DNA of 64,000 nt, from contig NC_086108.1 in assembly GCF_963921235.1 (NCBI RefSeq), positions 5,394,001 to 5,458,000 on the forward strand, written 5' to 3'. Below the pieces are notes generated by a model. That model searched no databases. It had not been told where the DNA came from and was given only the letters and a program-made list of their open reading frames with translations. The stretch is from Mobula hypostoma (Eukaryota). The position numbers were made by a program, and so were the translations under genes. This document shows, one piece after another, positions 63,235-64,000 of the stretch; position 1 is the first letter of the stretch; every line of letters begins with the position of its first letter.

Positions 63235-63719
63235 TAGGTTCAAATCAGTCTATGTGTTTAACAGTTACTTGTACATTACTAACCTGTATGACTTTAGACG
63301 GCGGGAGGAAACCAGAGCACCTGGAGGAAATCCCCACAGTCACGTGGAGAACGTAGAAACTGCTTAAGACACTGATGGGAAGTGAACCTGGGCCACAGTG
63401 TTGTAACAGCGGCATGCTAACTGCCACGCTACTATACCACCCCAGAGTTTTTCTGGTGAACGATGTTTGTCTAATGCTACGTGCCTGTGATGCAGTTGGA
63501 AGTTTTCATTCCATACACGTACGTGACAACTTCACTCTGAATTCATTCGGTGTTTGATTCAAATGTCCAGCTGCCAGCCAGCATGTTCTCATGGCGACAT
63601 TGATAAAAGTGGACTGGGTGGGATAAATTCTTGATTAGTAAGTTTCAAGGCTACGGGGAATGGGGTTGAGAGGAAAGGTAAATCAGCAGAGCAGACTAGA
63701 TGGGCTGAATTGCCTGATC

Positions 63720-64000
63720 ACTTCATAAGGCACTGGAGCAGAATTAGGCCATTTGGCGTATCGAGCCTGCTCCGCCATTCCATCATGACCGATTTACTTT
63801 CCCTCTCAGCCCCATTCTCCTGTCTTATCCCCATAAACTCTGACCCCTTACAAATCAAAAGTCTATCAACTTCTGCTTTAAATATACCCATTGACTTGGC
63901 CTCCACAGATGCCTGTGGTAATTATAGATTCACCACCCTCTGGCTAAAGAAATTCCTCCTCACCTCTCTTCTAAAGGGATTTCCCTGTAATCTGAAGCTG
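63720..64000 (-). mobile_element. CR1 3' fragment
   Basis: Reverse strand FFSQRVVNL / IFKAEVDR and the CR1 3' UTR. Confidence 0.75.

Overview
Eukaryotic genomic DNA, most likely an elasmobranch (ray or shark); this is inferred from the repeat families (CR1-type LINEs with (CATAGAAA)n tails, V-SINE/HE1-like SINEs, Rex1/Babar tails, Penelope-like elements). Most of the window is transposable-element debris. Two host genes are visible, both on the minus strand: the last coding exon of a C19orf47 orthologue (61887-62429) and coding exon 1 of a TTC9B-like TPR gene (48806-49313), which has a CpG island and a ~730-bp (CA)n tract just upstream. I could not find TTC9B exons 2-3, so 1-48805 may be one very large intron. 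The most notable hidden structures are: (i) many minimal hammerhead-ribozyme motifs carried by Penelope-like element ends, several folded back into palindromes; (ii) five arrays of a 95-bp tandem repeat derived from a LINE ORF2 3' end; (iii) an inverted duplication that replaces the RT FADD motif of a CR1 copy; (iv) C19orf47 directly next to TTC9B, with no AKT2 between them. No prokaryotic features or CRISPR arrays. All family names come from motif recognition by eye, not from database searches.
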